DNA of 64,000 bases, from NCBI GenBank assembly GCA_951406725.2, contig OX597816.1, forward strand, positions 153,698,001 through 153,762,000, in the 5' to 3' direction. Shown piece by piece: positions 13,770 to 27,598 of the stretch. The notes under the pieces are model-generated. The model did no database searches. It was not told where the DNA came from and saw only the letters and a program-made list of their open reading frames with translations. Position numbers and translations under genes: made by a program. The stretch comes from Octopus vulgaris. Lineage: Eukaryota. Every line of letters starts with the position of its first letter. Position 1 is the first letter of the stretch.

Positions 13770-14638
13770 CAGGGTCTGATTCATAGATATCCGGACTGTT
13801 GCCATAATAACGAAGCTAAATCACACAGAGTAAAGCCGCTTGGCACAGATCGACCTCGAACTCTGCTGTGCATGCGCACTAAGTTTTAACGTTCTAGTTC
13901 ACTCTCACTGAATACATCTGTGCTTAGAATGTAGGTGTGTAGCGTGTGATCGTCGCATTCACCACGACAGAGAAAGTTATCATGGCGACACCTACTCAGA
14001 GGCCTGCGCAAATTTGCAGGAAGTGTATGGAGTAAAGTGTATGAGCCGCACACAAGTGTACGAGTGGTTCAGACGTTTCCAAGGTGGCCGAAAAAATGAC
14101 GATATTGGCGAACGTTCTGGGAAACCCGCAGTCAGCAGGACTGAGAAAAACATCGAGGAGAAATTGTCGAATCACCATCCGTGAGTTATCAGAGGATGTG
14201 CAGATTAGTTACGGTTCAGTTCAGTCCATTATCACTGGATTTGGGTATGAGACGTATATCTGCCAAGTTTGTACCAAAACTTATTTCAGCTGACCCAAAA
14301 AACACTCAGGTTTCAGTTGCACAAGGTCTCCTTGATTGTATCGAGAACGATGAAAACATTTTAAAAACTTTGCGTAGGCCTCTGAACAGGTATCACCAAG
14401 CTTTTGGCAAAATTTGATGCAGATTCTCTGCTCAATTTTGTCATGGTCAATGCGACGATCACACGCTACACATATTTCTTCGAAGCAGTGCTGTAAACAG
14501 CGGAAGTGAGCTAGAACGTTAAAACTTAGTGTGCATGCACAGCAGAGTTCAAGGCCGATCTGTGCCAAGCGGCTTTACTCTGCATACTTTAGCTTTGTTA
14601 CTATGGCAACAGTCCGGATACTTATTGACCAGATCACG
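13770..14638 (+). mobile_element. Non-autonomous mariner-derived fold-back element, copy 2
   Basis: Colinear with 1131-1996 and has the same inverted arms. The minus-strand arm reads EQRICIKFCQKLGDTCSEAYAK (mariner transposase N-terminus). Confidence 0.88.
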
Positions 14639-14649
14639 AATATATACAC

Positions 14650-15030
14650 GTTTCAGTCATTTGACCGCGGCAGTGCTGGAGCACTCACTACCTTAGAGAG
14701 ATTCAGTCGAACAAATTGACCCCAAGACTTATTCTATCGGTATCTTTTGCCGAAACACTAAGTTTCGGAGACATAAACACGTCACCAACGGTTATCAGAC
14801 GTTGCTGCGGGGACACAGACACCAAAACACACACACACACACACACAAATAAATTTACAAATATATATACGACGGACTTCTTTCAGCTTCCGTCTACTAA
14901 ATCCACTCACAAGGCTTTGGTCGGTTCGAGGTTATAGTAGAAGACACTGGCACAATGTGCCACACAGTGGAACTGAAACCGGAGCTATGTGGCTGGAAAG
15001 CGAATTTCTTACCACATAGCCACACCTGCA
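14650..15030 (-). mobile_element. tRNA-derived SINE with internal (CA)n
   Basis: The minus strand begins ggtgtggctatgtggtaagaa (A-box-like) and contains ggtttcagttcc (B-box-like). Homologous copy at 30258-30556; fragments near 12280-12430 and 41355-41430. Confidence 0.7.
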
Positions 15031-15401
15031 CCAACACATAGCTAGGCGCAATGTGATACTATAAAGGAATAAAACTCAATCGTTACTAAGTGTGACAAGG
15101 GTGCCGAAGCAGCTACAGAGCTAGAAATAAGAATTAAAATATTCTTAAAGCTGTAGGAAGAGCGTAAATGTATACAGACATGCTGACAGGGGAGGTTACT
15201 GCCCCATGACCGATTCGAGAAACCCCAGACTAGACGACTAGTTTGCCTATTCCGTAGGCACCGTCAGTGAGGGCTACTCGAACGGCGCATGTTCGGTTAA
15301 TTCCGTATGTCAGTATATATGTATTTACTATAAACATTTATGCATGATTTAGCGGAATACTAATGCGTATACAAAGAATTAATATAAACAGTTAGGCTCA
15401 T

Positions 15402-15483
<82 letters not shown>

Positions 15484-15488
15484 GTGTA

Positions 15489-15534
<46 letters not shown>

Positions 15535-15627
15535 TGTGTGTGTGTGGTATTTCCAAGCCTATTCATCTGCAACTATTCGTTCTCCTTTAAGTACTCAGGA
15601 TTTCCAAAATTGACATAGCATTACGAT

Positions 15628-15839
15628 AGAAGAAGAAGAAGAAGAAGAAGAAGAAGAAGAAGAAGAAGAAGAAGAAGAAGAAGAAGAAGAAGAAGAAGAA
15701 GAAGAAGAACAAGAAGAACAAGAAGAAGAAGAAGAAGAAGAAGAAGAAGAAGAAGAAGAAGAAGAAGAAGAAGAAGAAGAAGAAGAAGAAGAACAAGAAG
15801 AACAAGAAGAAGAACAAGAAGAAGAACAAGAAGAAGAAG
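15628..15839. repeat. (GAA)n microsatellite
   Basis: About 210 bp of GAA with CAA interruptions. Confidence 0.95.
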
Positions 15840-16031
15840 TGACGAGTTAAACTCGTAAAGAATTGAACTGAGAATGTAAGGTGTAATAGCACGCAACTAT
15901 TTCTATCATTCCACGTACATTCAACACTTATGATATTTATGATGACGATCATAATGACGATGCTGATGATGATTTCTTTGCGAGATAGGCATTACATACA
16001 CAAACATAAGCACGCCTCCACGCACACATAC

Positions 16032-16097
<66 letters not shown>

Positions 16098-16315
16098 TCA
16101 GGTACATGTGTGTATGTGTTTGTGTGTGGTGGGGTAGATGAATGTGCGTGCGTGCGTGTCTATATTAAGAGACAGAAAAAGAAAGATGTAAACAAGAGAA
16201 AGCTTCTTGGTCACACTGATAAAAGTACTCAATGTAGTGTGATACAATTTATTGGAAGCTGAATCATGCCAAATCGTTACTCCGAGATTCTAGTTGAAAT
16301 CTTCGGATGCACATG

Positions 16316-17209
16316 TAGGGGTTGGACACAATAATGGAAACACCTTGAAATCTCAAACAAATTTATTTTAATATGGGTTCGGACCACCTTTGGCAGTAAT
16401 CTCAGCTTGAATTCTATGAGGTATGGACTCGTACAAAGTTTGAATTGTTTCCAAAGGAATTTTTGTCCATTCTTCTGCTAAAGCAGTCTCCAGTTCTTGT
16501 AGTGATGATCGTGGAGGATATCTACTCCTTACATGTTTTTTTCCTAAAATGAACCATAAATGTTCAATAATACTGAGATCTGGGGACTGAGGTGGCCAGA
16601 TAAGATGTTCAACTTCACTAGAATGTTCCTCGTGCTATTAAGTAACAACTGAAAGATTGCCTTTTCCCTCCGGAAACAGTTCCGCAACCATAGGATGAAT
16701 TTGATCAGATAAAATGCTTAAATAGATTTTACTATTAATTCTGCCATGAAGGGAAACTACTGGGCTGGCGGATTTCCAAGATATAGCCCCCCAGATCATC
16801 ACAGATCCTCTTCCATGTTTAACAGTTGGGAGAAGGAAGTCTGGGTCAAATGGTTCTTTTGGCTGTCTCTACATGTATACTCGGCCGGTGGTCGAAAATA
16901 AGATAAAGGATGACTCGTCCGAGAAAATAACATCCTTCCAGTGGTCTAAGGACCAATTCTATAGGTTTTTACTCCACTCTAAACGCTTTGCAACGTTTGT
17001 TTTTGAAAGTAGTGGTTTTCTGATTGCAGCCCTCCTATGAAATCCAGCTTTGTGCAGCTCCTGGCAAACAGTTTTTGTGGAAACTGGATTCTTGAGGTGG
17101 TCATTAAGCTCTGCAATAATTTTGGGAGCTGTACTTTTGTGATCCTTTCTAACAATTCGTGTAAGAGTTCGACGATCCATATCTGAAAGTTTTGGTTTTC
17201 TTCCGGAGC
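16316..17209 (-). mobile_element. Tc1-like DNA transposon, 5'-truncated pseudo-transposase
   Basis: SGRKPKLS...KPLLSKTNVAKRLEW, VIFSDES, TVKHGRGSVMIWG and WPPQSPDLSIIEHLW motifs. One TIR-like end, agggggttggacacaataatggaaacacc, at about 16316. Confidence 0.88.
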
Positions 17210-19957
17210 ATATATAAATACATGCATAAATGCATGTATAAAGAATTGGATAGTCAGGCAAGTTTAGGCAGGCTTTAACATCACCTCTTCTCGATTACCC
17301 GCTCTTCAAACACTATTGAAAGAATCAAATAACTGTACTGAAAAAGCAGGCACTTCTTCATTACCGTCACTATTTCATGCATAATTCTCATTTTCTGTGT
17401 GCTTTACGTTTCTATGCAATCACCGACGAAATCACAGGAACAAGGTCTTACCGTTCTTCCTGAAAAATAGACGCGAAGTAGTTATCACTATTATTTTTAT
17501 CAGCATTTAACAGCGCTTCGACATATTTACACAGACCGGAAATAAGTGTGGTGGGGTGTGGATGATAGAATAAGAAACGGTTTCTTGTATATCGACATTA
17601 AGTATGCAGTTAAAGTGATATCGATGAAAATATAAATCACTGAAGCTATGAAGTGGTTGTTGTTCTTACTATTTAACGCCAGGAAAATCCCGGTCGAGTA
17701 GACTTATGATTAAATGCATTCCAGCCGTGACCACCCCGTCAGTTTTCAGATGCAGTGTATCAATGATCTTTCCGTGTTCTTTCCGTTTTTAAGACGATTA
17801 GGTATGATATGAAGGAAATTGCTGTTTGATTACTGTTTCTAGCAGGTCGAACGATCATGTTGCTAACCTTCCGTGGAATTGAAATCAATTTGAACTTCGT
17901 CATCTCTAATTCTTCTTCCCTCCGATCTCACTAATTGGGAGGCTAGGGGTTAGTTTTGTTAAGGTTACTGTCAATTTTTCTTTACGCTAGGATCACGGTA
18001 GAAGACGAATTAACATTTGTACAGCCTTGGCCACAATATTCGCAGTGCTGGAATTATTTTAATGTAAGAACGGTGACATGACCTATTCGAAGTTTGCGAG
18101 ACTGGGGGAAGGAAGTAGGAATAAACGGGAAACAACCTAAATGCTTGAAAAAGATTTCACTAAAGTCACTCAAGGGCCATTGGATGATGGACTGAGTTTA
18201 CCCTCTAAGAATGAAACAGTTCATCAGATGAGCTTTCCAAACTTCACTTACACAGAGTTAATCGGTAATAGAAGTCACTTGCGCGAGGTGCTGCGTAAAT
18301 GAGAAATAAACTTCTAAACCACACAGCCATGCATTAGTGGTGTAGTGTAGGGTTTACATGGCGGCGACATAATATACGTGCACCTGCTGTCGTCGAAGGT
18401 ACGTTATATTTCAGGAAGAGGGCTGTCAATTTGGCTACCGCGCAAGGAGGTCAAAAACTACGTTATGTGAATAAGTACAAACTAGTAGAGATATCCGTAC
18501 ATTAGAACCCAAGAGGAAACAATGCCGGTGAGTCGATTCTTCAAAGCGACTGCGAGTTTCGATTGAAACCATTTCACTTGACTTAAGCCGTTAAAGTAAA
18601 GATATCACAACAACTTTCCATTTCTCCCTCTTAAAATATAAGATTTGTGTACCTAGATATAAAAAAAATAAAATAAAAAGAAAGGAAAATAAAAAGTGTT
18701 TGGTTTTAATGAAGAACAATGATAGGCCAGTCGGCAGAGCGGCAGACTATAAGCATTCTGCATCTAATAAAGTAAACTGTGGTATCTGAGAAACCTGAGA
18801 TTGTGTCAGAGAGTTCAAAAATCGAATGAATTGATCTGCCGCGAGGAAAAGGAAAAGTTTGCTGTCTGGGACAAATCCATATTTCAAAAATGGAAAAGTG
18901 CGGGACTTATATTATCTCTGTTAGAATGCTGCATAAACTTTAGCGTTGGGACATAGGGTAACGACGAAGTCCCAGGAATGTTGGAAATGTCTGGAATACA
19001 TAGACATACACAGAGACAGAGAAATGAGTTAGGGGTAAGAGAAAATAGTCAATAAGGAACTCAAAATTTCAAACCGAAAGAAATGCTGCTAAACACCTTG
19101 TCCGACATGCTTACCATTATGTTGACGAATATACTGATAAGTAAAAAGATATTAGATATAAATTGTTGATACTGTTGTTGTTTAGCCCTGAGTCAACCCT
19201 AACCGAGCAAATCAAAGGCATTCCAACTGTGACTATCCTTATCACGTAGTACATTGTCCAATGCATTCCTCCATTTGTAAGATGTGATTTAAGGGAGGTT
19301 TGGTTGCTATTTCTAGCTGATTGAGCTATAGCATAGAGAGTTCATCTTCATGTAATATTTCGTGAATAGATCATCTTGGCAGAATGAAACCTATGATAAA
19401 GATTTGAAATCAGGATTAAAAGCGAAGTCAATGTAAAATACTCCACACACAGGTAAAATACTCGCTTGCAGCGATTATTTTACCTACACATGATACTAAT
19501 TACAATGTGAGAACGTGAAACATTCACGAAATAATTATATTGGCTATAACTTCGAACAAAATTTTGGTACCTCTTTGACTCTTCCATTTCCAGTTACTAC
19601 GATTAAATATACTTCAGTCTTGAATATTATATAAAATTCGGTTACAAAAAAAAAATAATAAATAAATAAATAAACCAACGTAATCCTTTATATAACATTT
19701 ACAGACTTCATATAGAATTGGTAACCTGATGCTATCACGATTCTTTCGGTACAGACAAACAGTCTAGTAGCTTTGCACATGACAGTTACAAAAAAAAATT
19801 ATTTTCTTCGTTTTTCGTTTTGTTCTTGTTCTTTTTTGTTTTGTTTTGCTTTTTTTCTGAAATATTAAACGGGAGATTATTTAATCTTATAAATATTTGC
19901 ACTTCTGTCTAGGAATATACACATACGTCTCTATATAAGCATGTACATGTGCATCTG

Positions 19958-19995
<38 letters not shown>

Positions 19996-20023
19996 GTGTG
20001 TGTGTGTGTGTGTGTGTGTTTAT

Positions 20024-20202
20024 CAGCAACGTAGCCAGGAAGGAGTTATCGGCATATTCGGAACAAACCCCCGCTACCAGCATCTTTATGAAAATTTACT
20101 TGTTATCTAGCATTTATTTTCAATTTTGTTTTTGCAAATTCGGCAGCTAATCGTATATCCATATAGGAACCCCCCTTGCTCGAAATTTTAGTTACGCCCA
20201 TG
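20024..20202. mobile_element. Small hAT-like MITE
   Basis: Imperfect termini cagcaacgtagcca and tagttacgcccatg; no clear TSD. Confidence 0.4.
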
Positions 20203-21742
20203 CATTTGGCTATATACACACGCGCGCGAGAACCTTATCTTTATGCATTACATAATTGCCTTAATTTATTTACGCTTCATAATCAAGGTTATCCTTCGAT
20301 AATATATAATTAAGCTCTAACAATTTCAAGGAAGGGAGTTATGATGTTTATGCAATTTCCAACAGCATTAGTGATATAAATGAAGTTAAGAAAAATAAGC
20401 TACTACCAGGGAATTCAAAAACTCGGTTTGCTCAGAGATTTGGCTCCTATTCTACTGTGTTTAGTTGTTTAAAAATACCGAAATACAACTTAGAATTCTG
20501 TACTGCTAAGAAAAAAATATTGTCTGTATTAGATATGACATACAGCGTCCGACGAAATGCCTTGCGGTGTTTAGTTACAGCCCATTACGTTCTCAGTTCA
20601 TATCCTGCAGCGATCATTTTGTTTTTCATCCTTTCGAGGTTGATAAAATAAAGAATTGGGGATTGAAATATGGTAGAATTGTTGTTTATAAAGTTTGGAG
20701 TAAGTATTAAAAATGGTCATATCTTTACATGCTTTAACATATTTGTATAATTGTGAGTAATGTGTGTGAGACTTCGTCTACATGTTGCGTATCTAGCCAA
20801 GAACGGGAGGCTTGAAAGTTGAGGAGAAACATGACCACAGATGATGTAGACTGAGAAAGATGCCAATATTTCAGCTGAGATCATGTTATGTAAGAACAGG
20901 TCAGGCCTGGTGAAGTAGACTTATAGTACATAGGTATCAGGTAATTGACTTGGCACAATCAACAAATAGCTTCAGCATTTGACAAGTGTTTCTAGTGTGG
21001 CCATTTCATCATTTTTCAGATATTGTATATCCTAGATATACAATATTGTATATGCCTAGTATTTTAGCTTTACTGAAATAATAGATGAGTATGATACAAA
21101 GGTGACTTGGTAGCTATTTCTAGCAGGTCAAGCGATCGTAAGGAAGCTATTTATGTATTTTGGTTGATGTGCTTTAGCCCAAGGACTCCAAACGTAGTCG
21201 ATATAAATTTCTAAGGATTGATGAAGCTGAGTGTAAGGATCAATTCGAGGTCAATAAAATTATTGAGATCTACAAAGTTCGAGGGTCAAACACATTTAAT
21301 TTTAAATTTAAGTAATTTATCATATATAATTCGTGCTTTCATAATGTGGGAAAGCTGCCAGAACCAGAGTAGCTTTTCCGCACCATGAGGGCACAGACGT
21401 AGCAGAGAATATCTTCATAATTTGGCAGCTTTCCTCCTGTATCGTGAAAGTACTAAATTTTCTATAAAATCATAACGCAGAATTTGAAAAAGATCATAAT
21501 TTCGTTTCTTGGCTGTCACGCTGGTGAGATGATCACTTGTTTCGCTGTTTCTAGAACGAGACAAGTCAAAGTACATATTTAAATTTTAGAATCCTTCTTG
21601 GTTGTCGATTTGCGAACATACATTGTATAACGAAAGAAATATATTTATGTTCTTTTGGTTTAATTTTTCAAATTTTTCGCTAACAGATAAAACCCACTTT
21701 TTAACCCACAAAGAAGACTCTTTCATTGAACTAGGTGGCCGC

Positions 21743-21773
<31 letters not shown>

Positions 21774-21950
21774 TGTATGTATGTATGTATGTATGTATGT
21801 ATGCATGTATGCATGCATGTATGCATGTATGTATGTATACATGCATGTATGTATGTATGCATGTATCTATGTATGTCATTGATTTGAATGTTTGGACTCG
21901 TGTATGTGAGCATACGCGTACACATGTTTGTATACTAAGTGTGTGTGTGT

Positions 21951-22014
<64 letters not shown>
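21951..22014. repeat. (TAG)n microsatellite
   Basis: Direct reading. Confidence 0.95.
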
Positions 22015-22369
22015 ATATGACGTCCGTGTCTCGCGTGTGAATTTTAGCCTTTGTTCCTTTATTGTTTCTGTTTAATCTTTGGAAGTTATCGTATGTGCGC
22101 GCGCGTGTGTGTGTGTGTGCATATGTGCGCATGCGTGTGCGTGTGTGTGAGTGAGTGTGTGTGTGTGTATGTGTGTGGTCAAGGTCTCCGTAAATTAGTT
22201 TTACAATTTGAAAAATTCCGGAAAAATTAAAAATATGGATAACTCAGCAGAGTTTATTGGAAAACATAGGCAAACATAGTTTTACTACAAACCTTAATAA
22301 TATTTATTTAACATACAATGAGGTTGATTGCTGGATCTCAGCATTGATACAATAAATTGTGGAAGTTGT

Positions 22370-22572
22370 GACCGCGTGTGTACCGTTGGCGATTTTTTTC
22401 TCCGTCTTCCCTTCTCTGGATCTTTCCTTTTCCTATGTTTCTGACGAAGAGCTCCGCTCGAAACGTTAAACCCTCCTTCTTCCCTTCCTTCATGAGCGTC
22501 CAATAATACTATATTTGTTCCACGTCCTCGCGTTGTTGTGTTTTCCCCTTTGTATTTTCCTGTTTGGATTAA

Positions 22573-22574
<2 letters not shown>
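22370..22574 (+). mobile_element. Penelope-like terminal repeat fragment carrying a hammerhead motif
   Basis: Pyrimidine-rich segment containing the hammerhead core and ending gtttggattaacc(TA)n; the terminus is shared with 8545-8602. Confidence 0.6.
22437..22471 (+). ncRNA. Minimal type I hammerhead ribozyme motif
   Basis: GUUU-CUGACGA-A-GAGC-UCC-GCUC-GAAAC-GUU-AAAC: conserved core, 4-bp stem I, 4-bp stem II and a palindromic loopless stem III. Confidence 0.7.
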
Positions 22575-22624
<50 letters not shown>

Positions 22625-23751
22625 TTTAGTAAAAAACAATTTAGATTCAAATGAATATGGCACTTAATTTAGATGCACCAGAATATTTTTATGGTGTTAC
22701 CCATAAAAATATTTTTGATATATATAAATATATATATATATATATATCAAAGGTAGGTCAAAAAGAACATAACAAGCGAAATCAAATAAAACATAGCATG
22801 CGGGAAAATAGACGATAATATAACAAACGGCAAACAGGACAGTAGTAACAATCTTTCTGGTTGTTGCCGCCAATTAGCAACAATCAGAAGGACACGAAAT
22901 ACAGAACTCTGTGGTTTTTATAAGAAAAATATATGAACTTCCAGAAGTGATATGAAAGCTTAATTTTTTAATTCATCTCAGTTTTGTCTCCATTCGTTTC
23001 CAGAATGAAGAGTTCGTCTTAAGCGATTGAAATCTGTACGTGTTTTCTTTGTTTTCCATGATTAAGTTCTCTAAGCAATTTCTTATTTTTTCAACACACA
23101 CACACACATTACAGGATGTTTATTTTCATAATTTGGAATCAACTGAGTTTTTTCTGGTTTGTGACGCTAGCTTCTTAAGGTTCCTCCTGAAACAGTTGGC
23201 TTTATAATCAAATGCCCCAGTACAGATTTTCCGTTAATTAAATTATGTTAGCGTATGCTGCTCGATTAATTTCTGCCATCGTGCACACTTTTATTTTCTC
23301 ATTTCCCAATCATTATGTCTAGTTTGTTATATTTACATTTGACAATGGTTTCTTGAGCCATAAGAACATTACCACTAAATATCCAAATCTAAGGGCAACT
23401 CTGACTTGTTTTTACTTGCATTTTACTAGTTCATATGCGGTTGGAACAGGCTTTTGCCATATAAATGTTTTAACTCAGCGTCAATGAACATGATGACCTT
23501 GGACTCAAACTCATCCAAATATCCATGCTATTATTACCTGTCATCAGGACCATAAGAATGCAAACCTCTTCACTCAAAGTGTATTTTATTGCTTTAAGTC
23601 TTTTTCTTTTTAATTATCTCTGTTGCATTAATAAACTATTTGATCTTATTTTTCCTTAAAATTTTTAGTACTTATTCTTTTGTTATTGAGTCTTCTTATA
23701 ACGCTTTTTAAAAAAATTAATTTTAAATAAACAAACTTTACTTTCACATTA

Positions 23752-24445
23752 CAGTCCTCGGATCTTTTCTGCTGGGCTGCCAAGGACAATTTCTGTTCCA
23801 ATTGATTTTATATTCAGTGTAATGATGCACTTTTATAGGCTAATCAATACCATGGAAATCATTTTCGCCATAAATCAATTAATAAAGAGCTATTAGCTAT
23901 TGAAGTTTGAAAATTTTGGGTAATTTTAGCCAATCGTAAGCCATAGACACATGACAAGTCTTTTGTCTGTGAAAAAGCACGTGTTTGTCAAACCACTTGT
24001 TGAAGCTGTGTTCTACTGTTTTACCCAACTGGAAATTTTACCAATCTGTTTGATTTTGTTTTTAGATAAATCCTTTTTAAGTTCGTGCTATAATTCTCTT
24101 ATTTTGAGAAATATTTCTTTTGTAATGTACTGTTTGTCGCATTAAATACGTATATACAAAAGGTGTGTTACTCGTTTTTCACGTGTAGAACATAAATATT
24201 GACAACACGTGCTATTTTCAGAATGTTGACAAAATGTGCAGTCATGCACAAAATGATAGCTTCCAAATCCTGTTTCCTGACTGGTTGAAAATGATCTATA
24301 ACTTTTTTTTTAATTTTCTGGAAAACGTGAAATGACTCCAGCAGTTCAGCTTGGAAAACTACATTAACGTACCAAATTTTAAAATATTCCATAAACTTGA
24401 ATTTTTAAATCCTAACAGCCAAGCAGAAAAGCTCCCAGTCCTCTG
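23752..24445. mobile_element. MITE with about 36-bp imperfect TIRs
   Basis: cagtcctcggatcttttctgctgggctgccaagga versus tcctaacagccaagcagaaaagctcccagtcctctg; TA precedes the left end. Confidence 0.65.
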
Positions 24446-24512
24446 ATAGTTAGTCTCTATTCAGATATCATCAAACTAGAAATATGTTACTTTATTTTAG
24501 AATAAAAGGATG

Positions 24513-24547
<35 letters not shown>

Positions 24548-26080
24548 AGATAAGGAAGAATTTTAGGCACGCATACCGCTAAGGAAAAGGAATTCGATAT
24601 TGTTTATAAAATATTTATTTCGAGAGTTGGAACAACGAATATATCCTGGTGACTCGCAGTTTCATCTTACAATTCTGACTAAACATTTCGTGAACTCTCG
24701 CTATATTTACAACAAATAATCTAAAAGTGGTGGTTATTTTAGAGTAATTAGTAAATTGGGTTAAGGGTAATGTAAGAAGACACTTTGAGTGATGGGCTGC
24801 TAATGTAGTGAAAATAATACCTTTGAGAGAGGGTGTGTTGAGGGTTTGGAGGTATCTTTGTATGTTTAACAATTAGGTGTGGTCAAGTGGAGAAAATGAA
24901 AGCCGGTTAATAGGTCATATATGTATATTGTGTAGTGGTAGCGTTGGACTTTAAGTGGGCGGCTCTGTTTGTTTTAATAGATGGGTAGCTACGTGGTTAT
25001 GTATGCAAGTTGGCAAATAAATAATATATCTAATTGCTAAAGAGTAAAAATATCTGGGAATAACTGTTGGAATTCGTTTTTGGTTATATTAACACTACAT
25101 TAATATTCACTGATGTAGTGGGGACTTGTATAGGTATTGGGGTATAATAAAATTAAAGACGAACAAGCGGTCGTTAATAGCATCAAAGCATTTGCAAAAT
25201 AGTTGTTCAAAAGTGGACAAAAATATATTTAAGTAAAATCAGGAAAGCGAGTGTTCATAGTAGTTCTTTGTGGTTAGGTAGATATCATGAAGGTTCATAC
25301 TTTAATATCACAGATAAAAGACAGGAGGATCTAAGTAGTCCTTGGTAGTAGTTATTTATAGATAGACGGGTAGCTATCTGGGGAGTTTATACTCGAACCT
25401 CACGAATGAGTGGAGAATACGAGCATACCTGGATCTTTTCAATCTCAGTCACAGGTTTCTTAATTAATGTTTTTAAACTAAATAGTTTGAAACTTCGGAT
25501 ACTGGTTGAATGTGTCACGTAAAACACGGTTTTGACAAAATTTTGTATTTTAGAAGTTATTTCGTGTTAAAGTTGTCGCATTTGGGTAATTTTAACCAGT
25601 CAATGACGTGTATTCAGCTGAAGAAAGTTACTGCTGTTTGCGAAAGTAATGAAGGAGCAACAACATCCGAGTCATCGGGTCGTCTGTTTTGGACGCTGCA
25701 TACATATATGTACGTAAATACACACACACATGTATACGTATCCACACACGCACACACCAATACATACACCTATATGCATCTTTTAGAATGCTGAGGAAAG
25801 GAAAGGGAAGTAGGTGTGAGGAATACATAGCTTTAAGGAAGGAGGGGGATTGTGAAGTTGACGACAGTTGCTCATGCTGTCCATCACACACACACACACA
25901 CATTCATATGTAAAGCTGATAAAACCCCCGAATGGAAGCAAGGAAACGGAGAGGGTTTAATAAATTAATATGCAGTGGATTGGTAAGTTTATATAATATG
26001 GATTGGTAAGTTTATATAAGCTGCCGTTCAGATCGTCAATACACCACCACTCTCTCCGTTCTCTCTCTCTCTCTCTCTCT

Positions 26081-26113
<33 letters not shown>

Positions 26114-26235
26114 ACTACGATTTGTTGGAAATATCAGCCAAATCTCTCTCATTGTCACCACGCTAGCATTATATAAATGAGAGGACACATTGGATAAGAT
26201 GGAAAAAAATACACACGCACACACACATGTATGTA

Positions 26236-27345
26236 TTCCCAAACTAACTGAAAGACAATATCCACCCTCACTTATAGACGATAGAATTAAGCGTGCTAAG
26301 AAATTAGACATTAAAACACTAAGGGCAATAAAACGTAACACAGCACCTCATCACAAAGCGCTACTGCATATATCAACTCATAACCCTAGAAACAATGAGG
26401 CATACAACACCATTGTACAAGGTCTACCTATACTCACTAGAGATCCAAAAATGAACAACATTCTGAAAACACAAAACATAAATTCATCAAATGCAAAAAG
26501 GGACACAAATCGCTAAAAAGACTTCTACCAAATGCGAAGATTTACACAACAACCACGAAACCAACGGTTAAAAAAATGTGGACGCCCAAACTGTGGAACA
26601 TGTCCCAACCTACTGGAAGGCTTGAAATTCCTATTCAAACCAGGAGAGAGGTTCACAATTAAATCCAACTTCACTTGTGCTTCCGAGAATCAAATTTATG
26701 TTATAACTTGCTCAGGTTGTGGACATAACTATATAGGATAGACAAGTATGACTCTGATACAGAGAACCACACGACAAAAGGAACAGATCCGGTTCCCAGA
26801 ATACAGACAGATTCCTTTGTGTGAACACATAGAGAAATATGCAGGTAACATCCAACCAAACATCACTGTTTTCCCCATCTACAAGTGCAAAGAAACAATT
26901 TCTAGACAAGAATGTTTAAATAAAGAAAATTTGTTCGTCGAAAAATACAGAACACATCTAAATATGAACGCATAACCAACTTTGATCTCAGTATATATTT
27001 TAATTCATGATCACATGCTTATCACTGTACATATTTCTCACTACTTTAGCTTTTGAATTTTTGTGTATATTTATCTCCTCCCCGAAAAATGAATAATTAC
27101 TTCCCCTGTCTTCAATAATAACGATCACCAATTATCACCCCTTAGATTTTTCTACTTGTTGAATCATTCATTTATAGACTTCTCACACAACATGGACTAA
27201 AATCTTCTTAAGAAAATATGAAATTGCAATAATTTCAATGTCATGATTAGCGAAAGCGAAACCAGTCGACAAACACAATATAAAATATATTTTAAAATAT
27301 ATTAAAACTATGTAAAGTGGGTGCATTTTTCTTCTTTTATTATAT
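26236..27345 (+). mobile_element. Penelope-like element 3' part with GIY-YIG endonuclease pseudogene
   Basis: LTERQYPPSLI...STHNP, CGRPNCGTC and NFTCASENQIYVITCSGCGHNYIG*T...R (GIY-YIG). Degenerate hammerhead-like atgattagcgaaagcgaaaccagtc at 27243-27267, then an AT-rich end. Confidence 0.85.
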
Positions 27346-27598
27346 ATAGTGTCTACACGTGTGGTAACATTTCTGTAGTTATGATGTGTGTAGGTTTAAG
27401 CTAGTGATAAGGAGAAACAAAAGTGAGTGTATCTTTATTAGAGTTAACGATATGTGCTGTTGAAATTTTTGGTAAGTGCTTTGTGTGTGAGGGAGTGCAT
27501 AACACCACCACTTTCTCATGTCACATCGAAAACTAATTGCAAAAGATCTTATTTACAATTTTACCACTAACTGTTCAGCAATTATTCAAATACCCTCA

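Noticed and set aside
24600-25400. Possible minus-strand retroelement remnant
   Set aside because: No recognisable protein motif could be recovered by eye.
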